In this document: positions 1 to 8,810 of the stretch, one piece after another
Layout: the number at the start of each line of letters is the position of its first letter
Position numbering within the stretch: position 1 is the first letter of the stretch
From: Candidatus Micrarchaeota archaeon
Lineage (GTDB): Archaea > Micrarchaeota > Micrarchaeia > Norongarragalinales > SBBD01
Direction: 5' to 3'
DNA: 46,895 nucleotides
NCBI GenBank assembly: GCA_043806595.1
Contig: JAZDGU010000034.1
Location: 1 to 46,895 of the forward strand
The notes under the pieces: generated by a model
Told to the model about the DNA's origin: nothing
The model's input: only the letters and a program-made list of their open reading frames with translations
Databases searched by the model: none
Position numbers and translations under genes: made by a program

Positions 1-759
1 TTCGAGTACCCGAACTCGCTCATCCAACTGCAATCAGTATGGCACGCGCACCAACTGCCCTATCGGATGATTGAAGGCCTTACCCGCAAACTTTTCGACA
101 TCGGACAAGTGCCGGCCGTAGATGACTTCAGCACGGTCAACCGCAGGATCAATCAACTCGACCTGAAGCTCTTGCCGCCTCAAGGCGGCAAACTCTTTCT
201 ATTCAGTGACGGGACCGGCCTTCAGGCGAAGGCCGGCGGCGAATACCTCCGGGAAAAATACGGCAAGAAAAACCGGCGCTGGGTGCAAGTGATTATCTTG
301 GGCGACCCGGTAACGAAAGAGCCGGTGTCTTGTGAGGTAAACATCATCCAGGGTTCGGAGCCGGACAGCAGCATACGACAGTTGGAAGACTTGGTGGAAT
401 CCGGAGTTGACATTAAGGGTTTTGGTGGGGATGGCGCGATGGATGATTTTGACCTCTGGGACTTGCTTGAAAAAATGAAGTGGCGTCCGGCCATCAAGCC
501 GCAAGTAAACGCCCGGGAGGACTCGAAAAACGGATTGAGGAATCGGGAAGTGAAAAAGCGCAACAAGCTGGGTTACAAGGATTGGGCGAGGAAGCGTAAG
601 TATGGCCGGCGTTGGCCGGCCACGGAGGGAATTTTCAGTGCTTTCAAACGAATGCTGGGTGAAGAATTGGCGGCGAAAAGCGTTTTGGGAATGCTGCAAG
701 AGGCGAGATTAAAGGTTTGGGCGTACCAGAGGCTGAAAAGGTACGGGGAGTCAGCCTGA
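1..759 (+). mobile_element. IS5-family (IS903-like) DDE transposase, 5'-truncated by window edge
   Basis: Frame 1 is open from base 1 (FEYPNSLIQ..LPYRMIEG). Motifs DFSTVNRR, FSDGTGL (D1), GDGAMD (D2) and YGRRWPATEGIFSAFKR (YREK-type E motif). Confidence 0.9.
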
Positions 760-776
760 GCCGGCGTAAGCCTCGG

Positions 777-794
777 GACTTATGCAACACAGCA
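777..794 (-). repeat. Probable right terminal inverted repeat of the IS5/IS903-like element
   Basis: Reverse complement of 777-793 is GCTGTGTTGCATAAGTC, similar to the IS903 IR (GGCTTTGTTGAATAAATC). It lies 17 bp after the transposase stop. The left end is outside the window. Confidence 0.7.
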
Positions 795-795
795 C

Positions 796-924
796 ATGCC
801 GAAAGAAAAGATTCCCGCAGTGGACAGGCCCGGAAGCGGAGCTCTGGAGAAATAAGGCGAGAACCGGCTGCCGGAGAAGAAGCCTCCCAGCGCGCTCTCG
901 ATGTTCATCGCCCAGTTCAAGGAT
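796..924 (+). pseudogene. Relic N-terminal fragment of a type II P-type ATPase (Cation_ATPase_N)
   Basis: Reads MPKEK..ALEK*GENRLPEKKPPSALSMFIAQFKD, which parallels RLKEYGFNQLEEGKKVTPLDIFLRQFKS of the downstream ATPase. TAA at 853-855 replaces the conserved Tyr codon. Confidence 0.65.
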
Positions 925-1021
925 GAATGCGGATGGCCCCTTGTTTCGATTAAAGCACCAATGGAATTAAATACTCCTGCAGCCTATGACACTCCGCCTA
1001 GACCCTATAAGAGAATGCGGC

Positions 1022-3691
1022 ATGTTGAAACCAGGCGACCCTTCCATTAATGGCTTGTCCGGCAACGAGGCGGCCTCCAGGCTTAAAGAATACGGCTTCA
1101 ACCAACTGGAAGAAGGCAAGAAAGTCACGCCGTTGGATATTTTCCTACGCCAGTTCAAGAGTTTTGTGACGTACATCCTCATTGCTGCGGCTCTCATATC
1201 CCTACTGATATCAGAAATCCTGAATTTCCTCGTTATCTCCGCAATCATCATGTTCGTCGTAGTTCTTGGATTCATCCAGGAATACCGCTCCGAGAAGGCC
1301 TTGGCCGAACTAAAGAAAATCGTGGAGCCGATGAGCAGGGTTTACAGGAATGGCCGCCTCACCGAGGTTCCGACCCGCGAACTGGTGCCCGGCGACGTCG
1401 TCGTCGTCGAAAGCGGGGACAAGGTTCCGGCAGATTGCAGGATGGCGGAAAAAACGTACGTCCGCGTCGACGAAAGCGCGTTGACCGGCGAAAGCGTTCC
1501 TGTGGAGAAAAAATCCGGGGACATGCTTTTTTCGGGAACGCAGGTGACGGAAGGCCGCTGCAAGGCGAAAGTCGAGTCCACGGGCATGAGGACAAAGCTC
1601 GGCGCGATTGCGAGCTTGATCCAGGCCGAGGTCGAGGAGACGCCTTTGCAGAGAAAAATCACCCAACTTTCACGAACGCTTGCGGGCATCGCCATCGGCG
1701 CATGCGCGCTGACTTTCGTCGTCGGCCTATACAAGGGCGCCCCGATCGCGGAAATCCTCATCATTTCCCTCGCTTTGGCCGTCGCTGCAGTTCCCGAAGG
1801 CCTCCCCCTGACCCTCACGCTCACACTAGCTTTCGGAATGAAGCGGATGGCGGAAAAAAAGGCCATAGTTCGCAAGATGCTTGCGGTGGAGACTTTGGGC
1901 AGCGTGACCGTAATCGCCACGGACAAGACCGGCACCCTCACTAAAAACGAGATGACCGTCGAAAAGATCTACTTCGGCGGGAGAATCGCCGACGTATCCG
2001 GCTCTGGTTTCCTTCCCGCCGGGGAAATCAGCGTGCAGGGGAAGAAGCTGTCCGGACGGGACAAGGAAGCCGTGGAGCTTACTCTCAGGGCGGGAGCGCT
2101 CTGCAACAATTCGGTTCTTGAGCAAGCCGGCGGCGCATGGAAGGTAATCGGCGACCCCACTGAAGGAGCGCTGGTCGTAGCCGCGGCCAAGATGGGACTC
2201 GAGAAGTCCGCACTGGATTCCGAGTACGAGCGGTCAAAGGAGCTGCCATTCGCTTCGGAGCGCAAGCTGATGACGACTTTTCACGAGACCGAGAGCGGAA
2301 TGTTCGCGTACATGAAGGGGGCCCCGGAAAACGTTTTAGGCAAATGCACTAGAATCCTGTGGGATGGGGAAATCCGGAAGTTGTCCTCGGGCGACAGGAA
2401 GGCGGTTGACGGCGCGGCAAGCGGCTTTTCTGAGGCGGCCTACCGCTGCCTCGGAATAGCATTCAAGGAATACAAAGCGGGCGGGGACGACGAATCCGGC
2501 ATGGTTTTCCTTGGCCTCGTCGCCCTCCGAGACCCCCCCAGGGAGGAAGTGTCCTCCGCAATAGCGACCTGCAGGTCTGCAGGCATCAAGGTCGTGATGA
2601 TAACCGGCGACAGCCGGGAGACGGCCCTCGCGATAGCAAAAGACATACGTATCATCGACGGCAGCGAAAAAAGCGCCTTCGAAGGAATGAGGGACCCCAA
2701 GCTTAGACGAATGGTCGAAGACCACACAATCACCGGAGACGAATTGGATGAAATCAGTGAGCGGGAGCTCGCGGAAATCGTTGATGGAATCAAGGTATAT
2801 TCCCGCATCTTGCCCGAGCAGAAGCTGAGGATTGTCAAAGCCCTCAAGGCTAACGGGCACATCGTTGCAATGACCGGCGACGGCGTCAACGACGCGCCAG
2901 CCCTCAAAACTGCGGACATTGGCGTTTCCATGGGCCTAAAGGGCACCGATGTTGCCAGGGAGTCGAGTTCGCTGGTATTGCAGGATGACAACTTTTCAAC
3001 CATAGTGGAGGCCGTAAAACAAGGCCGCGCGATCTTCTCAAACATAGAGAAGTTCACGACATACCTGATTTCCCGGAACTTCACCGAGATAGTGCTCATC
3101 CTGTTGGGGATGCTGTTCCTGGATTTCGAGTTCATACCGCTGCTTGCCCTCCAAATTCTTTTCATAAACACGTTCGACGAGATCATGCCGGCCATTTCCC
3201 TTGGACTGGACCCTGCCCGGGAAAGCCTCATGAACAGGAAGCCTAGGGACCCCGGCGAGCAGATACTCAAGCGGAGGAACCTCGCCATAATTTTTTCAGT
3301 CGCACTATTCATGGGCGTTTCCTCGTTCATGGTCTACCTTTCAAGCAACCCGTGGGATTCCCTTGAAAAGGCCCGGACCATGACCTTCGCGACGATTATC
3401 AGCTCCATTCTGTTCGTCCCGTTCGCCTTCAGGTCGCTAGACGAGTCAGTCCTTAAAACTGGCTTCAGCTCGAACAGGCTTATGGTCATAGGCTCATCCA
3501 TCACCTTTCTCCTTACTCTCATCGCAATGTACACGCCGCAGTTCCACGAAATCTTCAGCCTCACGTACCTTACCCCGGTCGACTGGGCGTTGCCCCTCGG
3601 CGTTGGGCTCGCCACGATGGCATTCATAGAGCTCGTCAAGCTCGCAATCCGGAGGATGCCAGGAGCGTTTGCATACCCGACACAAAAATAG
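1022..3691 (+). CDS. Cation-transporting P-type ATPase, type II (Ca2+-ATPase-like)
   Basis: TGES, PEGL, DKTGTLT, KGAPE, DPPR, MITGD and GDGVND motifs with multiple TM segments. Start at 1022 preferred over 986. Confidence 0.95.
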   Translation: MLKPGDPSINGLSGNEAASRLKEYGFNQLEEGKKVTPLDIFLRQFKSFVTYILIAAALISLLISEILNFLVISAIIMFVVVLGFIQEYRSEKALAELKKIVEPMSRVYRNGRLTEVPTRELVPGDVVVVESGDKVPADCRMAEKTYVRVDESALTGESVPVEKKSGDMLFSGTQVTEGRCKAKVESTGMRTKLGAIASLIQAEVEETPLQRKITQLSRTLAGIAIGACALTFVVGLYKGAPIAEILIISLALAVAAVPEGLPLTLTLTLAFGMKRMAEKKAIVRKMLAVETLGSVTVIATDKTGTLTKNEMTVEKIYFGGRIADVSGSGFLPAGEISVQGKKLSGRDKEAVELTLRAGALCNNSVLEQAGGAWKVIGDPTEGALVVAAAKMGLEKSALDSEYERSKELPFASERKLMTTFHETESGMFAYMKGAPENVLGKCTRILWDGEIRKLSSGDRKAVDGAASGFSEAAYRCLGIAFKEYKAGGDDESGMVFLGLVALRDPPREEVSSAIATCRSAGIKVVMITGDSRETALAIAKDIRIIDGSEKSAFEGMRDPKLRRMVEDHTITGDELDEISERELAEIVDGIKVYSRILPEQKLRIVKALKANGHIVAMTGDGVNDAPALKTADIGVSMGLKGTDVARESSSLVLQDDNFSTIVEAVKQGRAIFSNIEKFTTYLISRNFTEIVLILLGMLFLDFEFIPLLALQILFINTFDEIMPAISLGLDPARESLMNRKPRDPGEQILKRRNLAIIFSVALFMGVSSFMVYLSSNPWDSLEKARTMTFATIISSILFVPFAFRSLDESVLKTGFSSNRLMVIGSSITFLLTLIAMYTPQFHEIFSLTYLTPVDWALPLGVGLATMAFIELVKLAIRRMPGAFAYPTQK

Positions 3692-3715
3692 CCGGTAAAG
3701 AGAGGTCTTACAGCC

Positions 3716-4303
3716 ATGGATGGCAAGCCCCGCCTCGGAGTCTACTTCGCTTCCTCCAATCCCGAGAAGATAGCCGAGGCCAGGCTGATACTATCACGGT
3801 ACGGAATACGCGTGCGCACCGCGCGCATCGAACTCCACGAACCATCCGTCAACGACCAGCGGAAAGTCGCGCAGGCGAAGGCCGCCGCGGCCTTCAAGGC
3901 GCTCGGCTGCCCCGCGCTCGCCGAGGACACCGCGGTCTACTTCAACGCCACTCCCGGGTATCCCGGGCTTGGGACCGCACGGGAGTTCAGGCGCCTCGGT
4001 TTCAAGGGGTTGCTGGCGAGAATCCGGGGCAAGGCGCGCGGCGCCCGCTTCGTCACGATGGTCGCGTACTGCGATTCCAAGAAAAGCGTGCCAAAGGTCT
4101 TTATCGGCGTACTGCGAGGCCGCCTCGCCGCCCGACCCAAGCGCACCGGCAGGCGCGGCATGAGGTTCCCCTACGAGCGCATCTTCCGTCCCTGCAATTC
4201 CGGCAAACTGCTTTGCGAGATGACTGCGGCGGAAAAGATGCGCATATCACACAGATCGAAGGCGTTCGCGAAGTTCGCGGCGTGGTTCAAGTCCCGGCGA
4301 TGA
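3716..4303 (+). CDS. rdgB: Non-canonical purine NTP pyrophosphatase (Ham1/RdgB family)
   Basis: FASSNPEK, AEDT, PG, FPYERIF (variant of FGYDPIF) and C-terminal SHR motifs. Confidence 0.85.
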   Translation: MDGKPRLGVYFASSNPEKIAEARLILSRYGIRVRTARIELHEPSVNDQRKVAQAKAAAAFKALGCPALAEDTAVYFNATPGYPGLGTAREFRRLGFKGLLARIRGKARGARFVTMVAYCDSKKSVPKVFIGVLRGRLAARPKRTGRRGMRFPYERIFRPCNSGKLLCEMTAAEKMRISHRSKAFAKFAAWFKSRR

Positions 4304-4784
4304 CTTCCACAAGCCGTTTACCTTCAAGGAAAGCAGCAACTTCCCTAGGCACGAGCGCCTTCCATGCCCCGCCCATGCTGATAATTGCCCGAATCCTGGT
4401 CGAATCCACTCTAATCCCGGAAACCAGCCTGCCAACGCGATAGTGTTTGCAAAGCAGCCGCCGGACAAGAGGATTGTTGGAGAAAACCTCGATGTTTTCC
4501 GGTTTGCCGATTATCCTGCGGGCCTTTTCCGTCCATCTGGCATTGTCGTGCACGTCTTCCAGTAATACTATCCGCGCCCTGCCTGAAATTCCGCGTTTCC
4601 GAAGCACATACCGAACCATCGATTTCCGTTCAATGCCGGAAAGTGGGTTTTCAGCAGTCCGCGAGTACTGCGCCGAACCGATGAGAATCAACAAACGTCC
4701 ATGCGTCCTTGCCAGTCTAACGATCGCGGCAAGATGCCCCTTGTGCAACGGCTGGAACCTTCCGATGATCACGGCAGTTCTCAT
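4287..4784 (-). CDS. nadM: Nicotinamide-nucleotide adenylyltransferase
   Basis: IGRFQPLHKGH, IGSAQ, NPL..ER, NNPLV and STRIR motifs of archaeal NMNAT. Confidence 0.9.
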   Translation of the reverse strand: MRTAVIIGRFQPLHKGHLAAIVRLARTHGRLLILIGSAQYSRTAENPLSGIERKSMVRYVLRKRGISGRARIVLLEDVHDNARWTEKARRIIGKPENIEVFSNNPLVRRLLCKHYRVGRLVSGIRVDSTRIRAIISMGGAWKALVPREVAAFLEGKRLVEVIAGT

Positions 4785-4836
4785 GCAGGACTTGAGGAAA
4801 AAGCAATATAAAAGCCCGGCGGCTTAACCCGTCTGC

Positions 4837-5772
4837 ATGAAGACCTCGGCAACCACTTCAATCCCGCTTGCAGCCAAGGCCATCCTCGCCGGCAATCTCG
4901 TGGCCTTCCCCACGGAGACCGTCTACGGCCTCGGCGCGAACGCCTTCGACGCCTCCGCCGTGCGCAAAATCTTCCGGGCCAAGCGCAGGCCCGCGGACAA
5001 CCCGGTAATAGTCCACATCCACGACAGAAGGCAGGTTGCAGACATTGCCACCAACATCACGCCCAAGGTGCGGCGACTCATGAACGCCTTCTTCCCCGGA
5101 CCGCTCACCCTCGTCCTCACAAAATCGCGGAAAATCCCCCCCGAGGTCACCGCCGGGCTTTCCACGGTATGCGTCCGCATGCCCTCCCTCACGCAGACCC
5201 GCAGGTTCCTCCGCGCCTGCGGCGTTCCAGTTGCCGCGCCGTCTGCAAACCTTTCCGGCCGGCCTAGCCCCACCACTTGGCGCCATGTCATGAACGACCT
5301 CGGCGGAAGGATTCCGCTGATTTTGAAGGGACCTGCGGCCCTGCACGGCATAGAGTCAACCATAGTCGACTGCACGCGCAACCCGCCGGCAATCCTGCGC
5401 CCGGGGGCGGTCTCCCGAGAACGGATAGAACGCCAAATCGGACGAGTGGAATTGGGCAAACTAACCGCCAAGGCGGCCAGCCCGGGGCTCAAGCACAGGC
5501 ATTACTCGCCTGACGCCAGGGTGGTTCTGACACGCAGCGCGTCGCAGTTGCCCCGGAAGAGGGGGCGCTGGGCGTTCATCGGCTTCTCAAGAAACCGCAA
5601 TGCAGCGCTTTCCCTTCGCGTGCGTGATGCGAGGCACTACGCGCGCGCGCTCTATTCGTTTTTCCGCCATAGCGACGCGCTTGGCCTGTCCCCGATATAC
5701 GCCGAACTGCCTGATAGTGAAGGAATCGGCCTTGCATTGAGGGACAGACTGGAGCGGGCCGCGGCGCGGTGA
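4837..5772 (+). CDS. sua5: L-threonylcarbamoyladenylate synthase Sua5 (YrdC + SUA5 domains)
   Basis: VAFPTETVYGLGA, KRRPADNP, PGPLT, PSANLSG, ESTIVD, SPGLKHRHYSP and DRLERAA motifs. Confidence 0.95.
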   Translation: MKTSATTSIPLAAKAILAGNLVAFPTETVYGLGANAFDASAVRKIFRAKRRPADNPVIVHIHDRRQVADIATNITPKVRRLMNAFFPGPLTLVLTKSRKIPPEVTAGLSTVCVRMPSLTQTRRFLRACGVPVAAPSANLSGRPSPTTWRHVMNDLGGRIPLILKGPAALHGIESTIVDCTRNPPAILRPGAVSRERIERQIGRVELGKLTAKAASPGLKHRHYSPDARVVLTRSASQLPRKRGRWAFIGFSRNRNAALSLRVRDARHYARALYSFFRHSDALGLSPIYAELPDSEGIGLALRDRLERAAAR

Positions 5773-5778
5773 AGCCGC

Positions 5779-6312
5779 TCACGCTATCTTGCGGACTTCC
5801 CTGTTCCCGCAGGCGGGGCAGACCAGCAGCCTGCCCTTGAGATCCAGTGGGGCTCTGCAGTACGAGCAGAACGCGGCAAGCACGCCGAGTCCGGGCTCGG
5901 ATATCGAAAGGTAGGTGCCCATCGACGTCACATCTATGACCTTGAGGCGCATCACGTCACCGATGCGGATATATTCCCGAAAGCTGTTGACGTAACGGTT
6001 GTCGAGTTCGGATATCCTCAGGAACGCGTAGGATGCGCCGACGGCGATGCGCTCCTTGGCAGGCTCGGCCTCGATTTCGATCAAGGAGACGCTGTCGTAG
6101 ATGTCCTGCACCTTCCCGTAGACGATGTCGCCAGGCCTGACGCGGCGGACGGTCTTCCTCGGCCTGATTTCGGCCTTGCCCGCGGTCACCTTCTTGGCAC
6201 CCGAGGCGTCGGAATACACCTTGCCGCCGTCGACGAACGTGTTGGCGTCGCCGACGACCTCCTCCTCGTACCCGAGGAACTCCCCGGGAACCGCGATGTC
6301 ATTCTTTTCCAT
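5779..6312 (-). CDS. csl4: Exosome complex RNA-binding protein Csl4
   Basis: N-terminal VPGEFLG..EE, S1 domain (PGDIVYGKV, IGDVMRLKV) and C-terminal zinc ribbon CSYC..CPACGNREVRKIA. Confidence 0.92.
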   Translation of the reverse strand: MEKNDIAVPGEFLGYEEEVVGDANTFVDGGKVYSDASGAKKVTAGKAEIRPRKTVRRVRPGDIVYGKVQDIYDSVSLIEIEAEPAKERIAVGASYAFLRISELDNRYVNSFREYIRIGDVMRLKVIDVTSMGTYLSISEPGLGVLAAFCSYCRAPLDLKGRLLVCPACGNREVRKIA

Positions 6313-6496
6313 GACTACACCAATATGCCTTTCAGCTGAAACCTGGACCATTAGCGAAATGATATCGCCGCCGCCGTTTAAAACACTTTTTACTCCCGCC
6401 TCGAGGCAGTGCAAACGCTTTTATTCCGCCTTGCAGTGCAAATATAGCTTGTTTGCGCAATATGCGTAAGCAATCTTGTATGCGTAGGTGGTTCGC

Positions 6497-6742
6497 ATGG
6501 ATGTTACCCTGAGGAACGTCGACGAGAATGCCTTCAGGAGATTCAAGGCGCGCTGCGCCGAGAAGGGCGTCACTATGGGCGAGGCCGTGAGCAGGATAAT
6601 GGCATCTTCGCCCTCCAGGGCCCCCGCCCTGCCCGAAAAAACCACGGCGCATTACCCCGGGATGCGCGACCTCGGCGACCACATCCGCATGCTGCACGCC
6701 TCACACCGACCGCAGAAGAAACCCTCCTCGAAGAGGAAGTGA
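6497..6742 (+). CDS. Ribbon-helix-helix DNA-binding protein (FitA/VapB antitoxin-like)
   Basis: MDVTLRNVDENAFRRFKARCAEKGVTMGEAVSRIM is a typical RHH pattern. GGTGG SD upstream. Confidence 0.7.
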   Translation: MDVTLRNVDENAFRRFKARCAEKGVTMGEAVSRIMASSPSRAPALPEKTTAHYPGMRDLGDHIRMLHASHRPQKKPSSKRK

Positions 6743-6748
6743 ATTTCC

Positions 6749-7096
6749 ATGGACTGGCGCCGCCTGCTGCCGAATGACGCGGAAGTCATCCTCTCCAGCA
6801 CCGGCAACTTCGTCTTCGACGGCGGCGAAAAAAACAATCTCGGCGTGCTTGCCCTGACCCACGACCGTCTCTATGTCATCCTCTTCAAGGGCTTCGCGGG
6901 GCAGACACCTTGGATGCATGCCTCGATCCCCATGAAAGACCTCCGCAACCTTAGGGTCTCCGGGGCTCTAGTCCGCTCGCTCGAATTCGATTTCGCCGCG
7001 GGCAGCGGTTTAAAACACGCCGACTTCATTTCACTTGACTGCGAGGTCCGCGAAATCATGGAAAAAATCGAGTACGAGGCCGACAATTCAAGCTGA
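6749..7096 (+). CDS. Hypothetical protein, probable PH-like fold
   Basis: GVLALTHDRLYVI..SIPMKDLRNLRV followed by a C-terminal helix, a bacterial PH/GRAM-like pattern. Confidence 0.6.
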   Translation: MDWRRLLPNDAEVILSSTGNFVFDGGEKNNLGVLALTHDRLYVILFKGFAGQTPWMHASIPMKDLRNLRVSGALVRSLEFDFAAGSGLKHADFISLDCEVREIMEKIEYEADNSS

Positions 7097-7120
7097 AATG
7101 CGCTTTGACAAGATGATTTT

Positions 7121-7474
7121 ATGGAAAGCAATTGGGCCATGCAACTGAGCCGCGAACTCGAGCTCCTTGGCCTGCACCCCGAGATTGTCGACTACTCGAC
7201 CGGACTGCACGTCCGTATCAAGCTCTCGGGGAAAAACCGCGACAGTCTCCACGAGATGATACGTTCGATGCAGGGAGGGAGACCTTTCACGCTCGGCCGG
7301 CACGCGGACGAACGGCTTGCATTAACCGCTCATGTGCGCGAATATTTCGAGGAGAGGTTTCCCGGCAAGTTCAGGAACTATTACGGGCAGGAATTTCCGG
7401 TCCGGCTGAAAGTAGAGGGCGTGCTCGGAAGGTTGCGCGGCGGCAGGATTGAAATGAGGGAAAGGGAAAGATGA
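7121..7474 (+). CDS. Hypothetical protein
   Basis: 117-aa ORF packed in a + strand run. No motif recognised. Confidence 0.65.
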   Translation: MESNWAMQLSRELELLGLHPEIVDYSTGLHVRIKLSGKNRDSLHEMIRSMQGGRPFTLGRHADERLALTAHVREYFEERFPGKFRNYYGQEFPVRLKVEGVLGRLRGGRIEMRERER

Positions 7475-7506
7475 TGGCCGAAGTGCGTCGCAAATAGGGT
7501 ATTTCC

Positions 7507-7845
7507 ATGGAGAACGTCCGCCCTTGGGCAGACAAATTCGGTTCCTACCTGCGGACGAGGAAAATTGATTTCGAGGCCGCAGGCCGGCGCCTGACAATCC
7601 CCGAACAATCCGTTGCAAGGATGATACTCGTGAGCGTTAAGCTGCCTCCCGGGCGGGAGGAGCCCGGCGAGGTCATGTCGAGGATGGACCGGCACGAATA
7701 CCTTCTCGTGCGCATGCTTCGCCACGGCCTCGGAAGCGACCTGAAAAAGCTTCATCTTGCGGTATATTCCAGGGTCGAGAAGGGCAGGCTCGTCGGCGTG
7801 CACGTCGAGGAGAGCAAATTAAGAACCAAGGGTGCAAATCACTGA
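7507..7845 (+). CDS. Hypothetical protein
   Basis: 112-aa basic ORF in the same + strand run. Confidence 0.65.
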   Translation: MENVRPWADKFGSYLRTRKIDFEAAGRRLTIPEQSVARMILVSVKLPPGREEPGEVMSRMDRHEYLLVRMLRHGLGSDLKKLHLAVYSRVEKGRLVGVHVEESKLRTKGANH

Positions 7846-7868
7846 ATCGAGGAAAGGGTGGTCTTTTC

Positions 7869-8048
7869 ATGGACTGCGGGAAATGCGGGAAGCCGTTCGA
7901 CGTCGCGCTCTGCCCGGACTGCGTGCAGGGCACTGTTGATGACGGCATGGGCGCCCTCGCCGAGCGCCTCGACGGCTTCGACAAGCGCCTGACCGAAATC
8001 GAAGGCGAGATTGTTAGGATACAACAGAAGATGCTTTACACGAGGTAA
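7869..8048 (+). CDS. Small zinc-finger/coiled-coil protein (59 aa, not in ORF track)
   Basis: MDCGKCGKPFDVALCPDCVQ..LAERLDGFDKRLTEIEGEIVRIQQK has two CxxC motifs plus heptads. GGGTGG SD upstream and strong GC3 bias. Confidence 0.75.
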   Translation: MDCGKCGKPFDVALCPDCVQGTVDDGMGALAERLDGFDKRLTEIEGEIVRIQQKMLYTR

Positions 8049-8070
8049 TTTCTTGCGGGCATGAGCAAAA

Positions 8071-8406
8071 ATGATTGAATTGCGTCCATGGACCAGGGTG
8101 AGCATGATTCTCTCGGAGAGCAAAATCGAGCATGCAGTCGATGCCCCGGGCCGCATCCTTGTCCCAATACATGAAAAAAATGCCTTGCGCCTCGCTGAAA
8201 TCGGGCAAAGGCTCAAGTTTAGCACTAAGATTATTTCCGATCCAAAATTGCCTGTCCCCTATAAGGTGGCAGAGCTGGTCACCCAGCTGATTGCGCGGAA
8301 TTATCCTTTTCCTCCGAATGCTGCCTTGGGGACGCTTTTCAGATTCAGGGTGCTTAAGCGAGCCAAGCCGGACGGTCACGAGTTCATGGAAATCCGCGAA
8401 AAATGA
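8071..8406 (+). CDS. Hypothetical protein (its TGA stop lies in junction repeat 1)
   Basis: 111-aa ORF ending inside the 25-bp repeat. Confidence 0.65.
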   Translation: MIELRPWTRVSMILSESKIEHAVDAPGRILVPIHEKNALRLAEIGQRLKFSTKIISDPKLPVPYKVAELVTQLIARNYPFPPNAALGTLFRFRVLKRAKPDGHEFMEIREK

Positions 8407-8427
8407 GGTCCGCATCGGTATGAACAA
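8403..8427 (+). repeat. 25-bp gene-junction repeat copy 1 (2 mismatches)
   Basis: ATGAGGTCCGCATCGGTATGAACAA. Confidence 0.95.
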
Positions 8428-8438
8428 ATGGTGGTTGC

Positions 8439-8786
8439 ATGGGTTATGAACGCCCGTTGAGGATGCTCGGGGAAAGATTGAAGAGCCAAGGACTTTCCAT
8501 CCATTCCGTATCGAATCCCGAGGGTAAGGTCGAGATTACGATTGTGCTCAAGCCGCGTACGGACTTGGCGGAATTCCAATATATCGGCCAAGACGTAACT
8601 GCACGTGAATTGTTTGAACGAATTCAAAGTGGCATTTCGAAGCAATGGCCAACGCATTCGTTGAAAATCGTAAAGAGTTCCAGGTTTGGAGACAATCCTA
8701 CGGTCCAATTTTCAATTTCCGGGAAGGCGAAGGATGCGGTGAGAATCAAGGCAATTTTAGAGCACGCATTGGAATTGAAACAATAA
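8439..8786 (+). CDS. Hypothetical protein between repeats 1 and 2
   Basis: 115-aa ORF with its own GGTGG SD. Its TAA stop overlaps the first base of repeat 2. Confidence 0.7.
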   Translation: MGYERPLRMLGERLKSQGLSIHSVSNPEGKVEITIVLKPRTDLAEFQYIGQDVTARELFERIQSGISKQWPTHSLKIVKSSRFGDNPTVQFSISGKAKDAVRIKAILEHALELKQ

Positions 8787-8810
8787 TGAGGTTCGTATCG
8801 GTATGAACAA
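8786..8810 (+). repeat. 25-bp gene-junction repeat copy 2
   Basis: ATGAGGTTCGTATCGGTATGAACAA. Confidence 0.95.

Noticed and set aside
8042..8068. GAGGT..ATGAGCAA as a fifth copy of the junction repeat
   Set aside because: SD-to-ATG spacing is 14 rather than 10 nt and the dyad core is missing. It may be just an SD plus start.
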